This document shows positions 1 through 11,398 of a stretch of DNA of 48,498 nt, piece after piece. A program made the position numbers and the translations under genes. Source of the DNA: an uncultured Pseudomonadales bacterium (GTDB lineage: Bacteria > Patescibacteriota > Microgenomatia > UBA1400 > MFAQ01); NCBI GenBank assembly GCA_964638575.1, contig CAZWYN010000002.1:1-48498 (forward strand), read 5' to 3'. The notes under the pieces were generated by a model, which did no database searches, had not been told where the DNA came from, and was given only the letters and a program-made list of their open reading frames with translations. The number at the start of each line of letters is the position of its first letter. Positions within the stretch are counted from its first letter, which is position 1.

Positions 1-430
1 TTTTTATCTTATCATTAACCCCGGACCTACAATACCAAGTAAACTCCATTTTTGTCACCTCAATCTCCGGATTACTAATGGGTACGGCTGAGTCCGAAGA
101 TACTATTCCATCCGAAAGAGAATAAGTTGCTTTCCCGCCGGCAAGATCAATCACCACGAGAGTACTACCGGTGACGCCACTGGTTCCGGCCGCTACACAG
201 CTTAATCTGTCATCGGTACCGACACGGACTACCTCGCCATAGCGCAAACTTCTTTCAATCATTTCGTCCAAGGCTCTCAGGTTATTATTCAACGCCGTTT
301 GAATATCACTAATACCGCTTGAGCGAAAACTTCGGTAAAAAATTGCCGTTCCGCCTGCTAACACAATAATCAATAGCGACACTACCACCACCAACTCAAC
401 CAACGTATACCCTTTAAATCTGATTTTCAT
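1..430 (-). CDS. prepilin-type N-terminal cleavage/methylation domain protein (pilin-like). Partial: the C-terminus lies beyond the left edge.
   Basis: My own minus-strand translation from the ATG at 430-428 gives MKIRFKGYTLVELVVVVSLLIIVLAGG..., a class III signal plus hydrophobic helix. It stays open to position 1. Its ATG overlaps the TGA of the upstream gene (ATGA at 427-430). Confidence 0.6.
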   Translation of the reverse strand, partial: MKIRFKGYTLVELVVVVSLLIIVLAGGTAIFYRSFRSSGISDIQTALNNNLRALDEMIERSLRYGEVVRVGTDDRLSCVAAGTSGVTGSTLVVIDLAGGKATYSLSDGIVSSDSAVPISNPEIEVTKMEFTWYCRSGVNDKIK

Positions 431-840
431 TTTGTCGGTTTTGCTAATATTTGAGAAAATTCGGTTGTAATTTCTTTATCTGCGTCCTTCCACACAATCT
501 TCGCTGTCATCTTCGTACCATTGGCTATACCGGTACTGTCATAGATGATTGTACAAACATACTTGACCGGATCAGGATTATCTACACAAGTGCTATAACC
601 AGCCTGCGGATTAGGACTCTGAAAAAACATCGTTGGCTCCAGATCCCTTGCTTGGCGGTAGTAGTTCAACTGATTCTGGGCAATATTTGTAGCCGCGTTT
701 TTACTGGCCTGAAAGCTGGCCAGACTTAAGGATCTGGAAATAAGATCCGATACTCCCACCAAAACTACAGCAATAATTCCCACCGCTACTACAACCTCGA
801 TGAGTGACTGCCCCTTAGTATTCTTAGGGGTATGTTTCAT
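427..840 (-). CDS. pilin-like protein (minor pilin candidate)
   Basis: The N-terminus is KGQSLIEVVVAVGIIAVVLVGV, a G/xxxxE prepilin-type signal. It sits inside the tandem pilin array. Confidence 0.6.
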   Translation of the reverse strand: MKHTPKNTKGQSLIEVVVAVGIIAVVLVGVSDLISRSLSLASFQASKNAATNIAQNQLNYYRQARDLEPTMFFQSPNPQAGYSTCVDNPDPVKYVCTIIYDSTGIANGTKMTAKIVWKDADKEITTEFSQILAKPTK

Positions 841-1321
841 ACTCTTTTATACTGATATTTCCGTTTGCGTCTGTTTTTACTACCACGGTGTAGGGATCAT
901 TGGAGTTTTGAATCGGGAACTCTCCAACTTGACTGATGGCTCCCGTTCCTGCCCCAAAATAGACGTCTACTGTGTCCGTAAAAAATACTTTCGTTAATAC
1001 TTCTTCATTGGCCTTCACCAATATTTCTACGCCACTACAAATTGCGGAAGTTGTCATGGTCGTGCAACCTTCCCCCACGCAATCTGCCTTTAAACGATAC
1101 CGTTCCAGTCTGGAAGCGCAACCGGCAGGGTAAACCAAGTTTTTAGCCATTGCCTGCACTTTCCTCATCTCTGTCGCAAAATTTCTAGCGTCATTCATTG
1201 CTGCCTGTCTTTGACCAAAACGGAAATAAGCAGCCAGAGACATTCCTGACATTAAAATAATAATGGCTATCACCACTATCAACTCGATCAACGTAAAACC
1301 GCCATGTTTTATTATCCTCAT
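824..1321 (-). CDS. prepilin-type N-terminal domain protein (minor pilin candidate)
   Basis: MRIIKHGGFTLIELIVVIAIIILMSG is a canonical G-FTLIEL prepilin motif. Confidence 0.7.
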   Translation of the reverse strand: MRIIKHGGFTLIELIVVIAIIILMSGMSLAAYFRFGQRQAAMNDARNFATEMRKVQAMAKNLVYPAGCASRLERYRLKADCVGEGCTTMTTSAICSGVEILVKANEEVLTKVFFTDTVDVYFGAGTGAISQVGEFPIQNSNDPYTVVVKTDANGNISIKEYETYP

Positions 1322-1686
1322 GGATTAGTGAGCGATTTCGCTCCGCCTTCATAACAACTTGCTGTTAAGGTATATCCACCACCTGCCGGAACGTAAGTAT
1401 AGGTCGTGGTTGGGCAAGGTTTTGGATCAAGTGGGGTACTTGTCAAAGTAACTATCGTAGTCGTTAAAGGACACGTGACGGAGGGATAAACTACAGCCGG
1501 ATACTCACCATCAATTGATCTGCACATCTCCAAAGCTTGTCGAATAGCCTCCATATCCGCGCTTCTTCTGGCATTTCTGGAGTTTTTACTTATCGTCGTA
1601 TAAGATACCACCCCGGCTGCAAAAATTACCGCAATTATTGTAATCACCACCAAGAGCTCGATAAAAGTAAAGCCGTTTCTTTTCAT
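1318..1686 (-). CDS. prepilin-type N-terminal domain protein (minor pilin candidate)
   Basis: MKRNGFTFIELLVVITIIAVIFAAG. There are ATGA stop/start overlaps at both ends. Confidence 0.7.
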   Translation of the reverse strand: MKRNGFTFIELLVVITIIAVIFAAGVVSYTTISKNSRNARRSADMEAIRQALEMCRSIDGEYPAVVYPSVTCPLTTTIVTLTSTPLDPKPCPTTTYTYVPAGGGYTLTASCYEGGAKSLTNP

Positions 1687-2102
1687 TGTAAATTAGCTAC
1701 ACAGTAATGAGTTTTTCCTGCTGCCCAAGAACATCCCGCAGCGGAGTTTCCGGAGGTGTCTTTTTCCATCAGCGCACAGATACAATAGCCCGTGGTGGTC
1801 GCGCACGATGTGAACTCAACGTATCTATAGGTAGCATCGTTTATGGGGTCTTCCGGCCAAGCGCCTTTTAAATATGTAGACGCCGTCGAACATGTTTCCG
1901 GATACTTATAACTATTCGCAGGATCGGAATAATACTGCTCCAGAGCACTCTGCATGGCCACTAGATCCTGTTTCCTTCTTGAATCTCGTCCACTTTTTTG
2001 AGTAGCCGAGTACGACACCGTTGCCAAAGCGACCAGAATTCCGATAATCCCAATTACTACTAACAGCTCCAATAGAGTAAAGGCATTTTTAATTTTATTC
2101 AT
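1683..2102 (-). CDS. GspG-like type IV pilin / pseudopilin
   Basis: NAFTLLELLVVIGIIGILVALA is followed by the GspG-type helix RRKQDLVAMQSALEQYY. Confidence 0.75.
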   Translation of the reverse strand: MNKIKNAFTLLELLVVIGIIGILVALATVSYSATQKSGRDSRRKQDLVAMQSALEQYYSDPANSYKYPETCSTASTYLKGAWPEDPINDATYRYVEFTSCATTTGYCICALMEKDTSGNSAAGCSWAAGKTHYCVANLQ

Positions 2103-2104
2103 CT

Positions 2105-2539
2105 TTATTGATTAGTAACTTGATAAATAACTCCCGTGTTTGTGGTTCCTCCGCAGGCAACAACTGGAACCAATTTTGTTGGGTCTGCCGAATTTTCTAA
2201 ACAAGCAGTGATTCCGTAATTTAAATTTGAATTTGTCGCCGTATAAACATAGTTCGCCCAGCTGCTTCCTTTAGGATCAACAAACACCACCGTGGAGTAA
2301 CCTCCGTTTATCAAATATGTTGTTTGGTCGGCGAGCGAAAGAGTTGGCGGATATTTTCCACTGTTGTCGTTTCGGTATAACTCCAAGGCTTTCTGGAGCT
2401 GGCTGAGATCACTCTTTCTTTGTACGTCTCTGGCTCTGACTCTGGCTTGGTTGAAGTTAAAAATTGACATTCCGGTAAGAACGGCAATAATCCCCATGGT
2501 GACCAATAGCTCGATTAAAGTAAACCCGTTTTTTTTCAT
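2105..2539 (-). CDS. GspG-like type IV pilin / pseudopilin
   Basis: MKKNGFTLIELLVTMGIIAVLTG is followed by RKSDLSQLQKALELY. Confidence 0.75.
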   Translation of the reverse strand: MKKNGFTLIELLVTMGIIAVLTGMSIFNFNQARVRARDVQRKSDLSQLQKALELYRNDNSGKYPPTLSLADQTTYLINGGYSTVVFVDPKGSSWANYVYTATNSNLNYGITACLENSADPTKLVPVVACGGTTNTGVIYQVTNQ

Positions 2540-2541
2540 TG

Positions 2542-3087
2542 TTATTTTGCTTTTATTAATCCGGTTTCGGAAATTTTATAATTACATGGAGAAGAACCGC
2601 AATCGGCACCATCCGATGTCCAGTCGGTTTTTGTGGTAGTTCCAGATATTACCACCGTATCTTTGTCTTCAAGATTTTCCAAAGAAGCATAATAAGCGAA
2701 ACTACTCAAAGAGTCATCCGGTTTGTAGTAATATTTTTTTTCGTTATCCGCATCAGCCGGTAGTTTATCTAAATAAATCGTCGATTTTCCGTTAAAACAA
2801 TAAGAAAATTTGGTGGTACAGACCGTAGGAGAACCACAGGTATCTGGTGAAATAGCAGAACTGCACATAATTTGGCCGCTTCCATTGCTGGCTGGATATG
2901 AACCCGCATCGTTGTAGTAAAGCTCAAGCGCCTTAGATATTTGGTTCAGATCGTTCTTTCTCTGTGTGTCTTTGGATTTGACCGTCGCCTGCGTAAAAGA
3001 ACCAATCCCAATAGCGGACAAAATACCAATAATCGCCATCACCAACATTAACTCAATTAAAGTAAATCCTCTCATTTGTCTTCTCAC
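2542..3087 (-). CDS. GspG-like type IV pilin / pseudopilin
   Basis: MRGFTLIELMLVMAIIGILSAIG is followed by RKNDLNQISKALELYY. Confidence 0.75.
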   Translation of the reverse strand: MRRQMRGFTLIELMLVMAIIGILSAIGIGSFTQATVKSKDTQRKNDLNQISKALELYYNDAGSYPASNGSGQIMCSSAISPDTCGSPTVCTTKFSYCFNGKSTIYLDKLPADADNEKKYYYKPDDSLSSFAYYASLENLEDKDTVVISGTTTKTDWTSDGADCGSSPCNYKISETGLIKAK

Positions 3088-3118
3088 AATTTCATTGTGC
3101 TTTAAACCTAATCAAATG

Positions 3119-3934
3119 TCAAACAAGCAACCCCATATACCAATTCCAAATCGATCCGCCCCATACCAGAGCAATAACTGTTCCGACAATTAAAAACGGT
3201 CCAAAGGGTAAGTACTGGCCTAGCCTTTTCTTTCCGGAAATTATTAGGATCATTCCTGCCACCGCCCCCAAAACAAAAGAGAAAAACACTCCCGGAACTA
3301 TTCTCGGCCACCCCAGTAACAATCCCAGCGCCGGTGCCAAATAAATATCACCCAGTCCAAAACCATCAACTTTTTTAATCATTTTGGTCAGCAGTTGAAT
3401 AATCAAAAATAGTAAACCCAAACCCAGTCCGGACAGGAGAGCTCGCACAAAGTCCGCAGTTTGCATAATACCAAAGCCGGTTAACCCCACACGGTAAAAC
3501 AAAGCCAAAGAAAAAAGCAATAGATTAAGACTGAACGGGATTACCATGTACAGTAAATCCGTCATAAAAATGGCCAGCATCACCATTCCGACAGCCAGCC
3601 AGAACACCGGCTGAATAAAACTCCAAGGAGACCCCACTAGTTTGAAAAAATTAAAACCCACCAAAAACCACCATACAAACATCACTCCGGTCAAGACTTC
3701 AATTAAAGGATAACGAATCGAGATTTTTTTGTGACAATAAGCACATTTTCCCCTAAGCCATAAGAAAGAAAATAGGGGAATGTTATAAAACCATGCCAAC
3801 TGATGTTTGCACTTTGGACAGATAGATCTACCGGATAGGGGAGAGGAACCATGAGACATACGAAAAATTACCACATTCAAAAAAGATCCCCAAACCGTTC
3901 CCATTACAAAAATAAATAATATTACCAAAAACAT
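3119..3934 (-). CDS. pilD: prepilin peptidase (A24 family)
   Basis: It has the zinc-knuckle CPKCKHQLAWFYNIPLFSFLWLRGKCAYC, is polytopic, and carries a second Asp motif, GFGLGD. Confidence 0.85.
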   Translation of the reverse strand: MFLVILFIFVMGTVWGSFLNVVIFRMSHGSSPLSGRSICPKCKHQLAWFYNIPLFSFLWLRGKCAYCHKKISIRYPLIEVLTGVMFVWWFLVGFNFFKLVGSPWSFIQPVFWLAVGMVMLAIFMTDLLYMVIPFSLNLLLFSLALFYRVGLTGFGIMQTADFVRALLSGLGLGLLFLIIQLLTKMIKKVDGFGLGDIYLAPALGLLLGWPRIVPGVFFSFVLGAVAGMILIISGKKRLGQYLPFGPFLIVGTVIALVWGGSIWNWYMGLLV

Positions 3935-3960
3935 ATCTTATGTTAGCATCATCCACCCAT

Positions 3961-3988
3961 AAAAAAAGACCCCGTTGTAACGGAGCCT
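3961..3988 (-). terminator. rho-independent terminator after the candidate major pilin gene
   Basis: The minus-strand RNA is GGCUCCG-UUACAA-CGGGGUC followed by U7. Two G-U pairs form only in the minus-strand transcript, so the hairpin is strand-specific. Confidence 0.6.
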
Positions 3989-4010
3989 TTTTTTTATTAA
4001 CCTAAATTGC

Positions 4011-4643
4011 TTACTGGAAACACTGGACACACTGTCCGGCGTCTCTTTGATCGACTGTACAACCCGCGGTAACTACACCTGCAGTTGCAATGTTGTAGAT
4101 TGTTTGAGCGTCAGATCTATTTGACTTACTCTCAGGAGGGAAACAAACTCCGACTCTGGTTTTACTACCCGAAGTAACATACAAAGTCGTTGACAGACCA
4201 TCAAAGAAAGTATCTTTTATCTCGCCATCAACTCCCAGGGTGTTATCAATACAAGTCTTCATTCCGGCATCATGACCAGGCGATCCTTCCTTATTAACAA
4301 GAACTGTACTGAAAGGATAGTCTGTCGCGGAAACTCTTAAAGTATCAATCGTTGCGGATGTGCAGTCGTACACAGCACCGGTCATTTTGTACCAAGGTAA
4401 ATAGCCATGTGTAGCATAATATCTCTGTGAAGAACCGAGCATTTCAATTGCCGCACTTCTGTTATTAGTGTCACGAGCCTTTTTCAGCTGTTCAAATGGA
4501 TCGATTGCCGCCAATAACCCGGCAGCCAAGATTCCCAAAACACCAATGACAATCAAAAGCTCCATCAATGTGAAACCTTTATTTGTTTTATTCATTTTTT
4601 TATTATTTTTATAACTGCCACTACTGATATCACTATGAATCAT
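4011..4643 (-). CDS. pilA: type IV pilin, candidate major subunit
   Basis: MNKTNKGFTLMELLIVIGVLGILAAG. The ORF can start at 4643 (23-aa leader, TAATG overlap with pilC) or at 4595 (7-aa leader). It is the only pilin with its own terminator. Confidence 0.7.
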   Translation of the reverse strand: MIHSDISSGSYKNNKKMNKTNKGFTLMELLIVIGVLGILAAGLLAAIDPFEQLKKARDTNNRSAAIEMLGSSQRYYATHGYLPWYKMTGAVYDCTSATIDTLRVSATDYPFSTVLVNKEGSPGHDAGMKTCIDNTLGVDGEIKDTFFDGLSTTLYVTSGSKTRVGVCFPPESKSNRSDAQTIYNIATAGVVTAGCTVDQRDAGQCVQCFQ

Positions 4644-5845
4644 TAAATCTGACTTGTCAAGCTATACATAGGCATAATTACGGCTATAGCCAAAAAACCG
4701 ACACCTATACCCATGACAACCATAATTATCGGCTCAATGGCCGTCGTCAACGCCTTAATTTTTATCTCACTTTCACCCTCATAAAAGGTCGCGAGCTTTG
4801 CCAACACTTCGTCCAGCTTTCCGGTTTCTTCACCAACAGAGATCATCTGTCCCAAAATAGGGGGGAAGACCTCCAGGGACTGAATTGCTTCGGCCAAACT
4901 TACTCCTTTTTCAACCAAAACCGCCGCCTGTCTAACTTCCGCCCCGTATACCTTGCTCCCCAAAGTCTCCGAAACGATTTGCAAAGTATCCAAAATCGGA
5001 ATTCCGGCACCCAGCAAAACACTTACTGTTCTGGCAAACTCCGTCAAAATTACGTCCTTTCGTAGTTTTCCCCAGATAGGGATCCGAAACGTTAGCTGCT
5101 CAACGATCAAGGATCCTACCTCTGTTTTTGCCCATTTTCTAATCAAGACCGTCGCCAAAGCTATAATACTCGCAATTACATACCAAAATCTTGCGACAAA
5201 GTCGCTAACCCCCATTAAAATCTTCGTTGGTGTAGGCAACTCAGCTCCAAAATCCTTATACATCGCGGTGAGTTTTGGAACCACAAACACCATCATAATT
5301 GCCCCAATGGCCACCATGGCGATGGACACAATCATAGGATATACCATTGCTCCTTTTGTTTTGCTTCTAAACTCTCTCTGTTTATCCAAAGTATCGGCCA
5401 ATTTCTTTAAAACATCATCAAGCACACCGGCCGACTCACCAGCTCGAACCATAGCAATGTACACCGTAGAAAAACCACCTCCGGAACCCTGAAGAGCCTC
5501 AGCCAAACTCGAACCCGCCTCAACCTCCGTCAATACCTTCTCAATTACCGTTTTCAAAGACGGTGTTGACTGCAACTTCAGTATTTTTAAGGCATTGACC
5601 AAAGGTAGTCCGGCACCTACCATCGTTGCCAACTGTCTGGTAAAGTTGGCTATCTCATCTTGTTTTGGTTTGGAAAATTTACCAAAAATGGAATCAAAAT
5701 TGAGTTTATCCGCCTCCACTAGGGAGGTAATAATCATTCCCTTACCTCGCAAAATTGAAACCACCTGTTTTTGATCAGTTGCTTCCATCACACCGCTAGA
5801 CGCGTTTCCCTTTTGGTCTCTGACTTTGTAATTGAAAGTTTTCAT
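4643..5845 (-). CDS. pilC: type IV pilus platform protein (GspF/PilC family)
   Basis: 400 aa with duplicated GspF-type cytoplasmic domains and three TM segments. It lies between pilT and the pilin gene. Confidence 0.9.
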   Translation of the reverse strand: MKTFNYKVRDQKGNASSGVMEATDQKQVVSILRGKGMIITSLVEADKLNFDSIFGKFSKPKQDEIANFTRQLATMVGAGLPLVNALKILKLQSTPSLKTVIEKVLTEVEAGSSLAEALQGSGGGFSTVYIAMVRAGESAGVLDDVLKKLADTLDKQREFRSKTKGAMVYPMIVSIAMVAIGAIMMVFVVPKLTAMYKDFGAELPTPTKILMGVSDFVARFWYVIASIIALATVLIRKWAKTEVGSLIVEQLTFRIPIWGKLRKDVILTEFARTVSVLLGAGIPILDTLQIVSETLGSKVYGAEVRQAAVLVEKGVSLAEAIQSLEVFPPILGQMISVGEETGKLDEVLAKLATFYEGESEIKIKALTTAIEPIIMVVMGIGVGFLAIAVIMPMYSLTSQI

Positions 5846-5847
5846 TA

Positions 5848-6921
5848 CTATTTATTCCCCAACAATTTGTCTAATACCGACGGTCGAATGGCATACTCCA
5901 TCGCCACCGTTTTATCAACGACGCTTCGGTTGACCAGATCAGACAAACTTTGCTCCAGCAAGCTCATTCCCAAGTTTCCGCTTGTTTGAATTACATTATC
6001 AATCTGGAAACTCTTGCCTTCGCGAATATTATTACGCACTGCCGGCGTTGCGATCAAAATCTCGGTCGCCACAGCTCGTTTACCATCAATAGTCGGAACT
6101 AGACGTTGTGCCAATACCGCCTCCAGCACCATTGAAAGTTGTAACACAATCTGAGGCTGTTGTTCTTCAGGAAAGCTATCAACTATTCTCTCTATTGTCT
6201 GTGAAGCCGAGTTTGTATGCAGTGTTGCAAATACCAAGTGACCCGTTTCCGCCATAGTCATCGCCGCCGCCATAGTCTCGGCATCTCTCATTTCTCCGAT
6301 GTATATCACATTTGGGTCCTGACGCAAAACCGACTTTAAAGCATTATCCCAAGATCTGGTATCCGACCCTAGCTCACGTTGACTCACAATCGACTTTTTA
6401 TTTACATGAATAAACTCCACCGGATCCTCAATCGATACGATATGCTCTGTTCTGGTACTGTTAATTTCATCCAAAACGGCGGCCACTGTTGTCGATTTTC
6501 CGGAACCAGTCGGACCGGTCACAATTACAAACCCTTGTTTCAGCTTGGCAAATGCATGACAAATACCCGGTAAATGCAGTTCGTCAATTGCTGGAATTTT
6601 ATCTGGAATAAAACGTAGTGAAATTGCCGCCGACCCCTTTTGGTAATAGGCATTGGCTCTAAATCTGGCTTTTCCCGCTACAGAAACAGAAAAATCTATT
6701 TCCAGATCCTTCAGGAATTTTTCTCTTTGTGTCTGATTCATCAAGTTGGTAATATATCCCAAAAGAACCGAGGCGCTCATCAACCCGGCTGCTTCATAAA
6801 GAACCAGCTTTCCCATGAATCTAAAAATCGGGTAGGAATCAGCCATCAGATGCAGGTCAGATGCTTTTTTTTCGGCAGCCATTATTAAAAGATCCTGAAT
6901 GATGTTGCCGCTTTTTTCCAT
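5848..6921 (-). CDS. pilT: type IV pilus retraction ATPase
   Basis: 357 aa with GPTGSGKSTT Walker A, Asp/His boxes (GEMRD, ATLHTNSA) and PilT-like length. Confidence 0.9.
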   Translation of the reverse strand: MEKSGNIIQDLLIMAAEKKASDLHLMADSYPIFRFMGKLVLYEAAGLMSASVLLGYITNLMNQTQREKFLKDLEIDFSVSVAGKARFRANAYYQKGSAAISLRFIPDKIPAIDELHLPGICHAFAKLKQGFVIVTGPTGSGKSTTVAAVLDEINSTRTEHIVSIEDPVEFIHVNKKSIVSQRELGSDTRSWDNALKSVLRQDPNVIYIGEMRDAETMAAAMTMAETGHLVFATLHTNSASQTIERIVDSFPEEQQPQIVLQLSMVLEAVLAQRLVPTIDGKRAVATEILIATPAVRNNIREGKSFQIDNVIQTSGNLGMSLLEQSLSDLVNRSVVDKTVAMEYAIRPSVLDKLLGNK

Positions 6922-8681
6922 TAAACTTGAGCTACTCTAATAACTTCTTCAAGGGAGGTTACTCCATCCAATACCTTCAGATAACCATCTTGTTTCATAA
7001 TAATCATGCCGTCCTCTTTGGCCGCGTTTTCTACCATGGTAGCATCGGCTCTCTCCATAATTAGTCTGGCAATTTTGTCGGTTACCCGCAACACTTCAAA
7101 GATACCAATACGCCCATAGTATCCCGACCCTCCGCACTTATCACACCCCGCCCCCTTATAAAGCATAAAGGGTGTGTTATTTTTTTGTGCTTCTGCCGCT
7201 TTAACAGGGTTTGATTTAATCCACCCATCCAGTAACTTTCCCAGTACTTCCTGTATGTCGGCAGCCACCTCCGCTTCCGGTACATAGGCAGTTTTGCATT
7301 TATCACACACCGTACGCAAAACACGTTGACCGATAACTGCGGTCATTGAACTAGATAGTAAAAATGGCTCTGCTCCCATATCCAATAAACGGGGGAGGGC
7401 ACCGGCAGCTGAATTTGTATGAACAGTAGAAAACACTAAGTGACCCGTAAGGGATGCCTGTATTGCCAGCTGAGCCGTTTCCTCGTCACGAATTTCACCT
7501 ACCATAATAATGTTCGGGTCTTGGCGAAGAAAAGAACGTAGTCCGGAAGCAAAAGTAAGCCCAGCCTGAGGATTAATCTGTACTTGATTAACGCCAGTAA
7601 TTTGGTACTCTACCGGATCTTCCAACGCCACGATATTTACTTTCGGAGAGTTTACCATGGTCAAAATCGAGTAAAGTGTGGTCGTTTTACCTGAACCTGT
7701 AGGACCGGTAGCCAGAATAATTCCATGAGGAATTCGTATTGCCTCTTCCAAGGTGGTCAGGGCTTTTCCGCGAAGACCCAACTCGGCCAAGGTCGGTACT
7801 TTATCGGTTTTCTTCAATAAACGCATCACGATCTTCTCGCCGTTTACCGTAGGCAAGGAAGAGATACGAAGATCAACCTCACCCCATTCGGACTGAAAAT
7901 TAAAGCGGCCATCTTGCGGAACTCTCTTTTCATCAATCTTCATGCCGGCCAAAATCTTAATACGAGAGATTAATGAAGCATGATAATCTTTATCCAAGGT
8001 CAGCTTCTCTTCAAGAATACCGTCAATACGGTAACGCACCCTTGTGATATTTTCCATTGGTTCAATGTGAATATCCGAAGCCCTTAAACGAATCGCATGT
8101 TCCAAAATCTTCCTCACAATTTCAACAATTTTTGGTTCTTTGATGATCTGTGAAATAGTGTCGGACGTTACCAAACGTACACCCTCCTCATCGGTTGTTT
8201 CCTTACCTCTCTTTAAAACACTTGAGATTTCGCCGGACAAGCTCTGGCTATATACATTGGCAATTAAGGTATCCAAGTTTTCTTTAGAAGTCAGCAGTGA
8301 TTTTATCGTATAACCTGTTCTTTTTTGGAAAAAATCAACCGTTGAAAGTTCCTCCGGTTTCACCATAATCAAGCTCAAGGTCTTGCTTTGTTTGTCTAAA
8401 GTGTATGGCACCACTTGGTAGGTTCTGGCCAAGTCCACCGAAATTAAACTAATCAGGTCCGGATCTACCGAAATTTTGCTTTCGGCAAAATAGGGGATAC
8501 CTAGCACTTTTGCTTTAGCCTCGGCCAGTCCACGCTCATCCACCAATCTCTTTTCAATCAATAGCTCTGTTAAAGATTTTCCGGAAGTTACCGCCTCGAT
8601 TTTCAAGGTGTCAATCATCGCTTCCGTCAGCTTACCTGTCGAAAGAAGATAATCCAGTAGGGCAGTTTCCTGATAATCCAT
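6921..8681 (-). CDS. pilB: type IV pilus assembly ATPase (GspE/PilB family)
   Basis: 586 aa with an N-terminal GspE_N-like domain, GPTGSGKTTT, GEIRD, a tetracysteine cluster (CDKC...CDKC) and FSTVHTNSA. Confidence 0.9.
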   Translation of the reverse strand: MDYQETALLDYLLSTGKLTEAMIDTLKIEAVTSGKSLTELLIEKRLVDERGLAEAKAKVLGIPYFAESKISVDPDLISLISVDLARTYQVVPYTLDKQSKTLSLIMVKPEELSTVDFFQKRTGYTIKSLLTSKENLDTLIANVYSQSLSGEISSVLKRGKETTDEEGVRLVTSDTISQIIKEPKIVEIVRKILEHAIRLRASDIHIEPMENITRVRYRIDGILEEKLTLDKDYHASLISRIKILAGMKIDEKRVPQDGRFNFQSEWGEVDLRISSLPTVNGEKIVMRLLKKTDKVPTLAELGLRGKALTTLEEAIRIPHGIILATGPTGSGKTTTLYSILTMVNSPKVNIVALEDPVEYQITGVNQVQINPQAGLTFASGLRSFLRQDPNIIMVGEIRDEETAQLAIQASLTGHLVFSTVHTNSAAGALPRLLDMGAEPFLLSSSMTAVIGQRVLRTVCDKCKTAYVPEAEVAADIQEVLGKLLDGWIKSNPVKAAEAQKNNTPFMLYKGAGCDKCGGSGYYGRIGIFEVLRVTDKIARLIMERADATMVENAAKEDGMIIMKQDGYLKVLDGVTSLEEVIRVAQV

Positions 8682-8703
8682 ACCTTAACTATAGCAAATT
8701 TAT

Positions 8704-9348
8704 CTACATCTTAACCAATTTCCACGAGCTTATCAAAAAATTTCCAAACGCTAGTTTTGCATTCACATTCGTGAAGCGGATTTTAGATAAATAATCAATC
8801 GCCAGCTTCAACACTTTTAATCTATTTTTATTTACCGACCATTCCAAACCGGATTTAAGTTTTACTATCACTTCTTCCAAACAATTTTCCATCTCTGCCT
8901 TTTCCATCTCGTCCGCAAAAGCCAAACACTTTGCGGGACCTTTGGCAAAACATTCCAAAACACTTTTCCAATAAACTCCATCCGTTTCCTTTTTTTTCAT
9001 TTGATTTGCAATCACACAACGAGACAGTATAGTCGGCAAAAGACCATTCTCATTTCCGGCCACTAGGAATAAACACATCGACTCACTCGATTCCTCGAGT
9101 GGTTTCAAAAGAACGGCCTGGCACTCGGGTGAAAGTTTATCCGCATCCCAAATAATCAGACTCATTCCGGCAGATCCGGTGGAAACATTTCTTCCAAAGT
9201 TGATAAAACGTCGCAAATCGTCTATCTTACCTTCACCACCTTCGTAACTCATCGTCGATGCAATAGACAAGCCCAAAGAAGAAAGCAATGTCTCTCGTTC
9301 GTACGTGCCAGCCACTATAATCTTTGGTAACATTAGCTTATTGTACAA
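8704..9348 (-). CDS. holB: DNA polymerase III delta-prime-like clamp-loader subunit (short form)
   Basis: The AAA+ sensor region LLKPLEE...LFLVAGN...LLPTILSRC carries the SRC motif. There is no P-loop, and 214 aa is shorter than typical. Confidence 0.6.
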   Translation of the reverse strand: MYNKLMLPKIIVAGTYERETLLSSLGLSIASTMSYEGGEGKIDDLRRFINFGRNVSTGSAGMSLIIWDADKLSPECQAVLLKPLEESSESMCLFLVAGNENGLLPTILSRCVIANQMKKKETDGVYWKSVLECFAKGPAKCLAFADEMEKAEMENCLEEVIVKLKSGLEWSVNKNRLKVLKLAIDYLSKIRFTNVNAKLAFGNFLISSWKLVKM

Positions 9349-9358
9349 ACAGATGTAC

Positions 9359-9387
9359 TTGATGTGTTAGTGGTTAACCATTAAAAT
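9359..9387 (+). promoter_or_regulatory. candidate sigma-70-type promoter for gyrB
   Basis: TTGATG, 17 nt, TAAAAT in the divergent holB/gyrB intergenic region. Confidence 0.35.
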
Positions 9388-9410
9388 GAACCCGCAGCGC
9401 TAAAACTTAA

Positions 9411-11396
<1,986 letters not shown>

Positions 11397-11398
11397 AT

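Noticed and set aside
427-1321. Alternative genetic code (UGA recoding, as in some candidate phyla)
   Set aside because: TGA terminates several well-defined genes at ATGA overlaps (427-430, 1318-1321), and conserved proteins are full-length under the standard code.
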